A stretch of 64,000 nucleotides of DNA, taken from Psilocybe cubensis (lineage: Eukaryota). Of this stretch, positions 37,171 through 47,965 are shown one piece after another (within the stretch, counting starts at the first letter, position 1; each line of letters opens with the position of its first letter). The position numbers and the translations under genes were made by a program. The notes below the pieces were generated by a model. The model made no database searches and was not told the DNA's origin. It saw only the letters and a list, made by a program, of their open reading frames with translations. The stretch spans positions 2,294,001-2,358,000 of the forward strand of contig CM039008.1 of the NCBI GenBank assembly GCA_017499595.2, read 5' to 3'.

Positions 37171-40100
37171 ATGGACATCAGCTTGCTTCCTCAACGCCCT
37201 CTCTTTGTTCTCCGATCCCCTCAATTTTTCTTTGTCACCTTTGCTGTTGCTGGTGTTTCTTCTTCCTCATCGTTATGCCTTTATTCCACCTCCCATTTTA
37301 TTTCCACATTTTGCGTTTCTCTTTTCCATTTCACGGACACTTATGTAGATTTTTCATTTGTGCAACGAGTTCTTGAACGCCTCCACTTTTCTTTTATGCG
37401 CCTTTTCCTCACATTCACACTCTCAATGGCAACTCCACGCCATACAACCTTTTCCTTTACCTTTTATTTTCATTTTCTTTCCACTTTATCCATTTGTATG
37501 TACGTCGACCGAAAAGTCGTTAAACTAACCTTTATTTATTCCTCCCTTTTATTTATTTGTTCCACCCCCGCTTCACCACTTCAGTCAGCAAACAAATCCT
37601 CAGGTCACCTATTGCAGAGTTCTTGGAGAAACACGCGCAACCTCCCAAAGGAATGCTATACGGAATCTCTATCTCCAATATACACCACCATCACGCCTCC
37701 AATACACCTCGAACTCCTACAGAATCGGGAAGGGCTTCATCTTATCCACAAAGAGCGAAAAATCAAGCTTACGGACAAGATAAGAAGGACGACCACTCCA
37801 TTACCTCTGATGGGTCAAGACCTACAGAAATTTCGGATAGATCAAAGCATTTATGCGAGATCATGGTCACTCAATTCAGATATTACTGCTAAACCCACCG
37901 TCAACCGAACTAATTCGGCAAGGTCGTCAAGCTCTCCTACAATTGGTTTTGTATTCACTGCCGCGTCAGGATCGACACTATCAACCTTCCGAGCCTCCAT
38001 GAATCAATTCATATCACCTATTCTTTCCCCCTCTTCTGCCAATACAGCCTATAAACGAGTTGATCGGAAAGTTAGACCTATAAATCGGGTTACTCCAGAA
38101 TCGGCCAAAGTTATACGACGAATTCCTGTTGATCCCTTATTATCTCTCCCACCTCTCCCACTCCATCCCCCTGCCTTTACGCCAACAACCAGACTCACTC
38201 TTGAACGCATACAATCAATGAACATTAACGCCAACAAATTCCTATGGCCGGAAGAAGAAAAGCTTTTCCTTCATATTCTTAAACTCAATGAACGCTCACT
38301 CGCTTTTCATCAGTCCGAACGTGGAACATTTTCTGAAGAATACTTCTCTCCATACATCTTTCCTGTTGAGGATCACGAGCCCTGGGTAGTCCGAAATATT
38401 CCTATTCCACCCGGCATCAAGGATCAAGTTATCAGTCTCTTACGTGAAAAGATAGACGCTGGAGTATACGAACCAAGCCAAGCTCCGTATCGCTCTCCAA
38501 TTTTCTGGGTCAAGAAGAAGACATCTGGTGCTATCCGTCTAGTTCATGATCTGCAGATTCTTAACTCTATTTCCTATCGCGACGCAGGAGTTCCTCCAGT
38601 TCTTGACGACTTTGTGGTTCCCTTTGCTGGTCATTCTATTTACACGGTCTTTGACTTATATTGGGGATATGACGCACGCAAAATCCATCCTATGAGCCGA
38701 GATCTTACCACATTCCAGTCGCCTATTGGACCTCTTCGACTTACTTCAATGCCTATGGGATATACAAATGCAGTAGCGGAATTTCAAGCCTGTACAACCT
38801 TCATCCTTCGTGACGAGATCCCTCACGTAGCCAATGTCTTTATCGACGATGTTCCTATCAAAGGCCCTCCAACACAGTACTTAGACGAGGACGGCAATCC
38901 AGAAACACTTCCAGAAAATCCAGGAATACGACGATTTGTCTGGGAACACGCTCAAGATGTTCATCGAGTTATGCACCGCATGGGATGTGCTGGTGCTACA
39001 TTTTCTGGACCAAAGACTCAGCTCGCTCAGCCTAAAGTTCTTATCCTTGGACAGTTATGCACTCCGGATGGACGACTACCCGATCAGAGCAAGATACAGA
39101 AAGTCACTGATTGGCCACGACCAAAGTCTGTTTACGACATCCGATCCTTTCTAGGTCTATGCGGAACAATGCGTGTTTGGATCAGAAATTACTCAGCCCT
39201 TGTCCGACCACTCACAGAACTCTATCGTAAGGACGAACCCTTTGTCTGGACTCAACAACGAGAAGACTCTTTCCAAACTCTCAAAGAAATCATTTCCAAT
39301 CCTCCTGTTCTCACTTCTATTGACTATTCATCCGATCGCCCAGTTATTCTTGCCGTGGACACTTCTCACATTGCTATTGGTATTATTCTCTATCAGCTTG
39401 ACAAAGAAGGCATCCGACGACCTGTCCGCTATGGTTCTATCTCACTTAATCCACGAGAAGCACGATACAGTCAGCCCAAGCTTGAGTTATATGGTCTTTT
39501 CCGTGCTCTTCGAGAATTCCGCCTCTATCTTATTGGAGTCAAGAACCTCTACGTTGAAGTCGACGCCAAGTACATCAAAGGCATGCTCAATCAGCCTGAC
39601 TTGCAGCCTAGTGCTAGTATGAATCGATGGATACAAGGCATTCTTCTCTTTGACTTCAAGCTCATCCATGTAAAGGCTGGTAATCATCGTGGACCTGATG
39701 GACTTTCAAGGCGACAACCAACTTCTGAAGAGTTAGAAGAACCTCAAGAAGACGATGACTGGCTCGACGATATTGCTCTTCTTAATACGGTCAAATTTTT
39801 CCCTACTTTTCTTTTTACTCCCTCTTCTATGCCATCGTATGACTCTATCTCGCTTCCTTCTTTTATTGCTTCTTCTTCTTCTCAAGAACGGACACTTCGA
39901 CAAATTCTTCAATTTCTTACAGACCAAACTATACCCCCTTTTCCCAATTTGCAGTCCCGACGACGATTCCTTGCTCGCGCTACTCAGTACTATCTCAAAG
40001 ATGATCAACTCTATCGACGACGACAAGGAAGACCTCCACTCTTGGTTATTCTAGATCCAGACAAGCGACGTCTCATTCTTACTCAAGCTCATGAAGAACT

Positions 40101-41241
40101 CGGACATCGAGGAGTATACGGTGTGTTTGGAGTTATTCGTATTCGGTTTTTCTGGCCATTTCTTTTTCAGGATATCAAGCATCATCTTGCTACTTGCCAT
40201 GAATGTCAGATCAGATCCACCAAGAAAAGCGAAGTTCCTATCACTATCACAGCTACCCCAACTATCTTCACTATCATCAATGTCGACGTCATGTACATGC
40301 CCAAGTCTGGACGCTTCCGATACGTAGTCCTAGCCCGAGACGACTTATCACGTGCACCTGAAGGACGTGCCCTCAAGTCTTTACGTTCCGAAGAGCTGGC
40401 CACTTTCTTTTGGGAAGAAGTCATATGCCGATATGGTGCTATTGCTATTGTACGCACGGACAATGGAGTAGAAGTCTCTGGCGCTTTCAGTCTTTTGATG
40501 GAAAAGTACGGCATTCCTCAAGTTCGCATTTCTCCTTACAACTCTAAAGCCAATGGATCTATTGAACGTGGTCACATTGACTTCCGTGAATCCATTCTCA
40601 AAGCTTGCGGCGACCGACCTCTAGACTGGCCACAGTACGTTCATCACACACTCTTCTCCGACAAATGCATTACTCGACGCTCTACTGGACATTCCCCTTT
40701 CTACGTCATGCATGGTGTTCATCCTGTTCTTCCATTCGATCTCCTTGAAGCCACATTTCTAGTTGATGGATTCCGACAAGGAATGAGTTCCAAAGATCTC
40801 CTAGCTCTCCGTGTTCGACAACTCATGAAACGAGATGAAGACTTAGCCAACATAGCCGACGTTCTGAAACAATCACGACTTCAATCCAAAGCTACTTTTG
40901 AACGACGATTTGCTCGACGTCTTCGACAAGAAAGCTTCAAGTTTGGTGATCTAGTCCTCGTTAGGAACAGTCAAGTCGAGAAGGAGATGAATCGCAAGCA
41001 CAAGCCACGATACCTTGGACCTTACGAAGTTGTACGACAGACACGAGGAGGATCATATGTGCTTAGAGAACTTAATGGTACGCAACTGGCTCAAGGCGTA
41101 GCTGCTTTCCGACTTCTTCGCTATTTTCCACAAGACGGTTCAGTCATTCCTCGACCTCAGCTAGACCGGATGATCAGAGAACTTGGACACGAGAGTGAGG
41201 AAGATGAAGACACATGGAGCGACGATATGGACGATTTCTAA
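37171..41241 (+). CDS. pol: Pol: reverse transcriptase, RNase H, integrase
   Basis: RT motifs RLVHDL, MPMGYTNA and FIDD. RNase H motifs LAVDTS and KLELYG. HHCC zinc finger, then integrase TDNG and NGSIERGH, and GPY. The conserved part starts at about 38000. Confidence 0.95.
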   Translation: MDISLLPQRPLFVLRSPQFFFVTFAVAGVSSSSSLCLYSTSHFISTFCVSLFHFTDTYVDFSFVQRVLERLHFSFMRLFLTFTLSMATPRHTTFSFTFYFHFLSTLSICMYVDRKVVKLTFIYSSLLFICSTPASPLQSANKSSGHLLQSSWRNTRNLPKECYTESLSPIYTTITPPIHLELLQNREGLHLIHKERKIKLTDKIRRTTTPLPLMGQDLQKFRIDQSIYARSWSLNSDITAKPTVNRTNSARSSSSPTIGFVFTAASGSTLSTFRASMNQFISPILSPSSANTAYKRVDRKVRPINRVTPESAKVIRRIPVDPLLSLPPLPLHPPAFTPTTRLTLERIQSMNINANKFLWPEEEKLFLHILKLNERSLAFHQSERGTFSEEYFSPYIFPVEDHEPWVVRNIPIPPGIKDQVISLLREKIDAGVYEPSQAPYRSPIFWVKKKTSGAIRLVHDLQILNSISYRDAGVPPVLDDFVVPFAGHSIYTVFDLYWGYDARKIHPMSRDLTTFQSPIGPLRLTSMPMGYTNAVAEFQACTTFILRDEIPHVANVFIDDVPIKGPPTQYLDEDGNPETLPENPGIRRFVWEHAQDVHRVMHRMGCAGATFSGPKTQLAQPKVLILGQLCTPDGRLPDQSKIQKVTDWPRPKSVYDIRSFLGLCGTMRVWIRNYSALVRPLTELYRKDEPFVWTQQREDSFQTLKEIISNPPVLTSIDYSSDRPVILAVDTSHIAIGIILYQLDKEGIRRPVRYGSISLNPREARYSQPKLELYGLFRALREFRLYLIGVKNLYVEVDAKYIKGMLNQPDLQPSASMNRWIQGILLFDFKLIHVKAGNHRGPDGLSRRQPTSEELEEPQEDDDWLDDIALLNTVKFFPTFLFTPSSMPSYDSISLPSFIASSSSQERTLRQILQFLTDQTIPPFPNLQSRRRFLARATQYYLKDDQLYRRRQGRPPLLVILDPDKRRLILTQAHEELGHRGVYGVFGVIRIRFFWPFLFQDIKHHLATCHECQIRSTKKSEVPITITATPTIFTIINVDVMYMPKSGRFRYVVLARDDLSRAPEGRALKSLRSEELATFFWEEVICRYGAIAIVRTDNGVEVSGAFSLLMEKYGIPQVRISPYNSKANGSIERGHIDFRESILKACGDRPLDWPQYVHHTLFSDKCITRRSTGHSPFYVMHGVHPVLPFDLLEATFLVDGFRQGMSSKDLLALRVRQLMKRDEDLANIADVLKQSRLQSKATFERRFARRLRQESFKFGDLVLVRNSQVEKEMNRKHKPRYLGPYEVVRQTRGGSYVLRELNGTQLAQGVAAFRLLRYFPQDGSVIPRPQLDRMIRELGHESEEDEDTWSDDMDDF

Positions 41242-41299
41242 TCTATCCCCCCCTTCCTTCCGCAACCGGGGACGGTTGATTTCTCAAGTTTGGGACAGA

Positions 41300-42929
41300 T
41301 ATCATACCCCAATCCTGATTGGAGATGAGATGTTCATTTTGGATCTACACACGACGCCCTCAACCCAAGCAGTCATTCTTTCCATAAGTCATCCACACAT
41401 CTTATCTTATCAACACTTGTCACATGGGAGCCACGTTATTCCGGATCATGTCACTTCGTCAGATCATCAAGGCTATGCGACGGATCAGTCAACCATCAAA
41501 CTGCATAGCTTTCTACACTGCCTTGCACAGCCGGACTGTCAACTCTATTTTTATCAATTCAATGGTCTTACTCAGCGTCAGGCTGCGGATTACTCATTCC
41601 AACTTATTTTTGGTTTGTCTTACTCATCCTTTTGTGTTTATTTATATCTTTTCTATTGTCTGTTGCGCTTTTATTGTCTTTGTCTTACCAATCTTCTATG
41701 CTTTCTGACTCATCCTTGCTTCTTTTATCTAATCTGTATTACCATTCACCTTCGTCATACACTTCTTTCTTACTCATCCTATTCATTTCTTATCTGTCGT
41801 CGTGTCGATATTGACATGTCTTATTGTTCTTGCTTATTGTTACACTTGCGTAGCCTCATTCTTGACACTTTGTACAGTATATGACTCGGTTTTCAGTAGC
41901 TTAGATTGGTATTTCGTTCACGTAGCTTTTAGTATAAAAGCTGTAGTAGAATTACACGAAATGACAGGAAAGTTACACCCAGTCCCCACTTTCTTCAAAG
42001 CAAGCCAATTTTCATCCAAAGTCAAGTCAATTTCAAGTCAATCCACATCGATTCATTTCAATTCCAAGCTCAAGTTCAAGCCAAGCCCAAACCCAAGTCC
42101 AATTCAGTCATCAGTTCCACCCTCCGTCGAGACCAAGTTTACTTCCATTCATCCAAAGTCACCTCGCTTTCCATTAAGAGAGGATTTCATCCGAGACCAG
42201 TCATCCTCCTCATCCAACGCCTCTTCTTCTCAGCGTTGAATATCCAACTTCTATCCAGACCTCCAGTACTTCCCTACTTCCTCTCCTCCATTCAAGCCGT
42301 CACCGCTCCTACTCTTTCTACACCTTCCAACCATCGCCGTTAGGAGTGTATTCAAGACATCCTTTCCCTCCGTCAACTCATCTGGAGTGATTTCATTCGA
42401 GACAGACTTAGTCTTTCATCCTCGATTCAGTCAATACTCCTGCGACGTATAGCTTCATTCCAAGCTTCAGAAAGATTGTCAATTTAAAGACACTTTCACC
42501 ATTCTTCAAGATTCAGCCCGTTAACGACATTCCGACTCCTAGTCATCTTCTTATCTCCCCTCGGAACGTTCCCCACTCACTTCAGACAACCCCTCTAAGA
42601 TTCACATTTATTGATTTCTCATACGCAATCTACGCATCTTCTTCACGCTTTCCATATACACCCGCCATCCAATTCCACGGTTCCATCCCATTTTCGGAAG
42701 GCTTATTTACTATCGTACCCAGACGACCCGGTTATCCTCTTCTTACTATTTCGCTTTCATTACCCTTCACAATCCACACCATCCTAATCTACTTAAATCC
42801 TAGGCAGCGTCCCCCCTTAAGAAACTTAGGAGAAGGTTTCGTCCTATCCAGTCTGGACCACTCTTTCCCTGGGGTTTGTGTTTGTTGGATTACATATAGT
42901 TTATAACCAATCACAAACTTCGATCTTCA
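41300..42929 (+). repeat. 3' LTR (1630 bp)
   Basis: Direct repeat of 31446-33075, preceded by the short purine-rich GGGACAGA. Confidence 0.96.
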
Positions 42930-43310
42930 ACGGGCCCGCAGGAATGTGACTTTGGATGCCTTAGCACTTCAGGAAGCAAGTCTGCTTGTTGTAGCAGGTA
43001 AAAGACAAAGAAAAAAAACTTTGAAAGCCTAGCTGTTGAAGTAGATTCATGATACCTATTGAATGTGATGCTTTTTATTCTTATCTTGATGTTTCTCAAA
43101 CATGTTTTCACACAAAATCAAAACAGAAAGCGGGGTTTATTAAAAATCATCAAGTGCTACTTTTTGGGAGAGGTATAAAACAGATGAGCACATGAGAGTA
43201 AAAACTATATACAGTCCAAATGATGAAAAAATTGTATAGGGATGTGAGCAATGTAATATATGACAGGCAAAAAAGGAGACCAAAAAAAAGTTGCAAAGAA
43301 TTGAAATACA

Positions 43311-45131
43311 CTACTTTTTTTGGGCCTTGGATTTTTTGGGCGAGCGCAATGCTTCAGCCAGAGTCGTTTCCGCCTTTCGCTTTTGTCCAGCCCTTGTCTT
43401 TGTGGCTATGTTCGACGCGGGCAGCGTGGACGCCACGATCTCAACATCCTCCTCCTCCACAATTTCAACCTCGTCGCTGTCCGAGGGATCAGACAACTCC
43501 GATGAGTGTCCATTCCCGGATGGCCCAGCCTTGGAGGATGGCTTAGCCTTTGACAATGGCTTAGCCTTTGAGGATGGGCCGGCCTTTGACGATGGCGCGG
43601 CCTTTGACGATGGTGCACCCTTTGACAATGGTGCGGCCTTTGACGTTGAACTTCGAGGACGTGGAGCTGGGAGAGGGGGTGGTGGAGACAGGGAAAGGAT
43701 GGGCGGTACCGGTGGGAGAGAGGGTCGGCCAGCTGGGGGGGGCGAAGGTGCTTCCAGAGTCGAACCGGGCAAGAATAGCGCTGTTGGTGGCGCAGACACG
43801 GCAGGGAGGACGGGTGCGGGTGGAGGTGGGGGAGGGGAAGGGAGGACAGGTGCTGGCGGTGGTGGAGGAGGGGAAGGGAGAATGGGTGCTGCTGGAGGTG
43901 GAGGTGGGGAAGGGAGGGGTGCTGGCGGTGGTGGTGCGCTTGGGGATTGTGGCACAGAGGTGGGTTCACGGGTCCGCGACGGACCCGATTCTTGTTCGAC
44001 CTCCGTCTTGGAGGGTTCTGCTGCCTGTTTGGGGGCGGGATTCCTTTGTTCATCCTGCTCCAGCAAATCGTCGACCACATCTCGGACGTGGTTGATCCTC
44101 TTGGTGATGTCGTTGAACATTGTGACGGAAAGCGAGGTGCTTCCTGCCACTTGTTCTTTGGCCATGGTCCATTCGGCCTTCACCTCTTGGATGCCGTCCT
44201 CGATGCTCTTCATCCTGTTCTCCACCGCCAAGTTCGTCTTGGCAAACGTCGCAATCCGTGCATTAATCGCCGTCATGGACACGGATAACCCGTCCAGCCG
44301 TTCCATGATTCTGCCTTGGCGCTCAAAGAGCTGCACAAGCAGTTCTCCCACATCCTCGGGGAACGACCCTTCCTCGGCCTTCCCCTTCGCCGGAACATCT
44401 TCTCCCTCCTCCAACTTCAACGCCTCCCCATAGCTTCCCAGTGGCGTCGTCAAAAATTGACCCACGAAGGTGTTGCGCCCCGGGTAGAAGCTGCAGTGGA
44501 TTTTGCGAGACTTGCAAGACTCGCAAGATTGGTGCTTCACGGGGACGAGAGGCTCAGTGCCTGTCTCCCCCTTGACATAGCATGGCACCTTGAATTTGAT
44601 GCATGCCGTGCACCTTTCCACCATGTCCACCATCCCCTCTGGCACCTGGCGCACTTTCTGGGATCTCGACCGCGCCTTCCTGATGGGGGGGACATCGTCC
44701 TCGGTGTCCTTCTTTACGGAACGCGTGCGCATCTTCCGGGTGGGGGTGGCAGTGGGGGTGGTAGGCGGTGCCCCTTTGTTATCGCCTTCGTCGTCCTCGT
44801 CGACGTCCGTGTGGCTTCCTATGATCGCCTTGCTCCTGAATTTCCCCTGCTTGGACTTCGCCAATCTTTCCAGCTTCTCCCTGTACGCTGGGTGACCGGG
44901 CATGTTGGAGGCGGTAATGTGGGGAATGATTTCCCCCTTCCTTGTCCGTGGGCCCCTGTAATCCGCTGGAGCCAACTGAATGGACTCCACGGGGTCCGCC
45001 GCTTTCCGTTTGCCCTTGTCTTTGTGGGCGTCTGTCACGGGTCCGTCTTCCACCGGGGGTTCGACTGCCTTGCCCTTGCCCTTCTTGGCCCGTCTCTTCT
45101 CCGTCTCCTCCTTGTTCCTCTCCTCGTCTGT

Positions 45132-45165
<34 letters not shown>

Positions 45166-45869
45166 CTCTTCCTCCTTTCCTCCGCCTTCTGCCTCTCCTG
45201 CTCCCTGGTCCTCCTCTCCTGCTCCCTCTTCCTCCTCTCATCCTTTCTCCTCTCCTCCACCTTCTGCTTCTCTTCCTCCCTCTTCCTCCTCTCCTCCTCC
45301 CTCTGCCTCTCCTCCTCCTCCTCCCTCTGCCTCTCCTCTTCCTCCTCCCTCTTCTTCTTCTCCTCCCTCTTCCTCCTCACCTCCCTCTTCCTCCTCTCCT
45401 CCACCCTCTGCCTCTCCTCCTCCTCTTGCTCCTCCTTCTCCCTCCTCTTCTCTTGCTCCTCCTCCTCCCTCCTCTTCCTCTGTGCCTCCTGGCCTTCCTG
45501 GTAGGCCTTGAAGTTGGCGACTTGATGTTTGAGCGTCGCCCAGTCGACCTCAAACCTGTAGATGTTCTCGCCGTCCTTGCCCTGGATGACTTTGTACGAG
45601 TAGACAACGGGGCTCGCAACATAGTCAATGAGCTGGAAGCGGGCGGCGTCCCTGACATGCTCCTGACACAATGGAACCTATTGGAATTTTTTTTTTTTTG
45701 TTGAGCAAGTCATGATCTTATAAAATTGAGAACTTACCAAGTCCCTGTAAAGCTGCTCCAACTCAGCGTTGAACGCGCTTTCACCGTTGCGGTAGCACTC
45801 GGTAAACTTTTTTTCCCAGTCAGCGAGGCGTTGGGCGAAGGTGGCGGTGGTGGAAGATGAAGCGGCCAT
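43311..45869 (-). CDS. Zn2Cys6-like binuclear-cluster protein with E/R/K coiled coil and Pro-rich tail (~832 aa, 2 exons)
   Basis: Exon 45869-45738 and exon 45677-43311 join in frame. CTACIKFKVPC-x18-CESCKSRKIHC lies at ~44493-44612, followed by a heptad region and basic NLS-like ends. Confidence 0.78.
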
Positions 45870-46175
45870 TGAAAAAAGTGTGTTTTTATGGGGGAAGACG
45901 CGTTAAATGGGTGAGGCACGGTAGAACGTGAGGGTGGTGATCGTGGTTGGAGTTAGTCTAAAAAAAGTCTAAAAAAAAGCGGTCCCGCAAAACAAAACCA
46001 TACACAAACATGTACAATCTGAGTCATGTGATTTCTTTACCAGATCCAGTTTGTGCAAAAGTTGCTAAGTTCGATACACGGGTGAATCTATTTCCGTGTC
46101 ATGGAGAATCCTCGGATAGTATTGTATTCCGTGAGATATATAAACAAGCCCACCCAGTTGCACTTTCTGGACTGT

Positions 46176-47569
46176 ATGTCCTCCTACAACTTTATTCCCA
46201 CCTCTAGCAAAAATTCCCCCATTGACTACACCAGTCTCAACAATCTTACCAGGCTTCTTGAAAAACTGAAGGAACCTCCTCCCGTAAAACCTATAAAATG
46301 TAAGACTAATGGCATTAATTCAAGTAAATTTTAATTGATTTCTGAGCATCAGCAATGTCTTCAAATATTAGCAACTCTAAGGAAAGCAAACGCACAGCAA
46401 GGACGGATGACCTGGCTCCGCCGCCAATGCCAGTCATTCCAGATAACCTGGCTCCACCCCCTATGCCTGTTATTCCAGATAACCTGGCTCCTCCCCCTAT
46501 GCCAGTCATTTCATCTAACCTGGCTCCGCCCCCTATGCCAGTCATCCGGAAAGACCTGGCTCCGCCGCCAATGCCAGTAATTCCAGCTAACCTGGCTCCA
46601 CCCCCTATGCCTGTCATTCCAGCTAACCTGGCTCCGCCGCCAATGCCAGTAATTCCAGCTAACCTGGCTCCACCCCCTATGCCTGTCATTCCAGCTAACC
46701 TGGCTCCACCCCCTATGCCTGTCATTCTAGCTAACCTGGCTCCACCCCCTATGCCTGTCATCCGGAACGACACGGCTCCGCTGCCAATGCCTGTCATCCG
46801 GAACGACACGGCTCCGCCGCCAATGCCTGTCATCCGGAACGACACGGCTCCGCCGCCAATGCCAATCATTCCAGATAACCTAGCTCCTCCCCCTATGCCT
46901 GTCATTCCACCTACCCTGGCTCCTCCCCCTATGCCTGTCATTCCACCTACCCTGGCTCCTCCCCCTATGCCTGTTATTCCAGATACCCTGGATCCTCCAC
47001 CTATGCCTGTCATCCGGGATGATGTGGCTCCGCCGTTGATGGCAGCACATGTTTCATACACGTCTGTCGTCGACAAAATCATTATGGACTCTCGTCCAGC
47101 TATTTCCTCTGAGAGGAAGCAAGGTCGCTATTCTCCACCCCCTGAAGCATGCCACCTGCTCCTTCAAAACCCTTATTTTCGAACCTACGGCAGGTTTGAT
47201 CCCATGGGCGGCTACCCCGGTTCGCCTCCCACCCAGTCTGACATTGAGTTCGAGGATGTGACAGATCAGACGGCATATTTTAACCCTCCTTTTCTATATG
47301 TATGCACTCAGATATTACCGAGCACTAGATACTGACAACTATTTTAGAATTATACCGAGCAGCAGCTACGGGCAACATACGACCAAATAATCGACAGTTC
47401 CGTCGGCGACAATAGTTATGACAGCAAGGTCACAACGTTTAAGAACCTCCGCCTGCATCAGCTGCAGTCAGAGATTCTGACTTATAATGCGCTGGAGGAA
47501 ATTGACGCTGGGCTGGCAGGGATTGAATCGAGTTTGGAAAAGCATTTGTATACCGGTAGAGATGAATAA
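46176..47569 (+). CDS. Proline-repeat cargo protein (3 exons)
   Basis: Exons 46176-46299, 46353-47299 and 47348-47569 join in phase via GT-AG introns. About 18 copies of xxLAPPPMPVIx precede a helical C-terminus. Confidence 0.72.
46405..47043 (+). repeat. 36-bp coding tandem repeat, ~18 copies
   Basis: AACCTGGCTCCxCCxCCxATGCCxGTCATTCCAGxT, with variation concentrated at third codon positions. Confidence 0.95.
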
Positions 47570-47647
47570 ATTATTTTTGGAGCCCTTGTGCTCATTGATT
47601 CGCAATACCTCTCAAATATCCCTCCCTCTCTGGGAAGATACGGGTCA

Positions 47648-47965
47648 AATGGGTCCGTCTGACAGCACAACACGGGTCAAGCGGATCCGTCTGCTTGCAA
47701 TACACGGGATGCAAATGGACCCGTCCGGCTCATTTCCGGCCCGTGTTTCTTCCGTGTAGGTAGACGCGCGGATCCCGCAGGCCACCCGGCGGCTCCATTT
47801 AGCGCTAAATGGCACGTCATGTACGCTATGATTTGCCAGGCTAAATCACACGTACATCACGCTAATCTCCTAATTAGGTAGCGGAAGTAAATCCACCGTG
47901 TCTCACGTAATATCCTTATTATTAAATCTTAGGTAATGTACGTTATAAATAAACTGTCTTATGTG
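47648..47965 (-). repeat. Right TIR (318 bp)
   Basis: Reverse complement of 20812-21129, ending ...TCTTATGTG followed by TCTCTTC. Confidence 0.96.

Larger units (their letters stand above)
31446..42929 (+). mobile_element. Ty3/Gypsy LTR retrotransposon, 11,484 bp
   Basis: Two 1630-bp LTRs, 4-bp TSD ACGG (31442-31445, 42930-42933), and domain order gag-CCHC-protease, RT, RNase H, integrase. Confidence 0.96.
29234..43032 (+). pseudogene. Divergent HMG/homeodomain-like cargo gene split by the LTR retrotransposon
   Basis: Exons from 29234 (WTTKEMRVL...; RIFNWFRNH; WMKFYQQG...LTQEEWDRF..EEW) run to ...DTDETR at 31445. The frame resumes at 42934 (ARRNVTLDALALQEASLLVVAGKRQRKKTLKA*), with the stop at 43030-43032. 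The domain call is by motif resemblance only. Confidence 0.75.
20812..47965. mobile_element. KDZ (Kyakuja-type) DNA transposon with TET/JBP and other cargo; 27,154 bp, or ~15.7 kb without the nested LTR element
   Basis: 318-bp TIRs, TCTCTTC duplicated at 20805-20811 and 47966-47972, an internal CxC2-KDZ transposase, and flanks that rejoin to match the uninterrupted paralogue at ~13490-13600. Confidence 0.93.

Noticed and set aside
41183-42239. ORFs of 233, 145 and 94 aa as an env-like or extra retro gene
   Set aside because: They lie in the pyrimidine-rich LTR, are duplicated in the 5' LTR, and show no recognisable domain.
43291-45704. Long + strand ORFs (380 aa Gly-rich, 462 aa Leu/Pro-rich)
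   Set aside because: They are antisense shadows of the low-complexity minus-strand Zn-cluster gene.
46405-47043. 36-bp repeat array as a CRISPR array
   Set aside because: The units are contiguous with no unique spacers, are in-frame coding, and the DNA is eukaryotic.
46315-47082. 255-aa Gly-rich minus-strand ORF
   Set aside because: It is the antisense shadow of the proline repeat. The + strand has the consistent splice structure.
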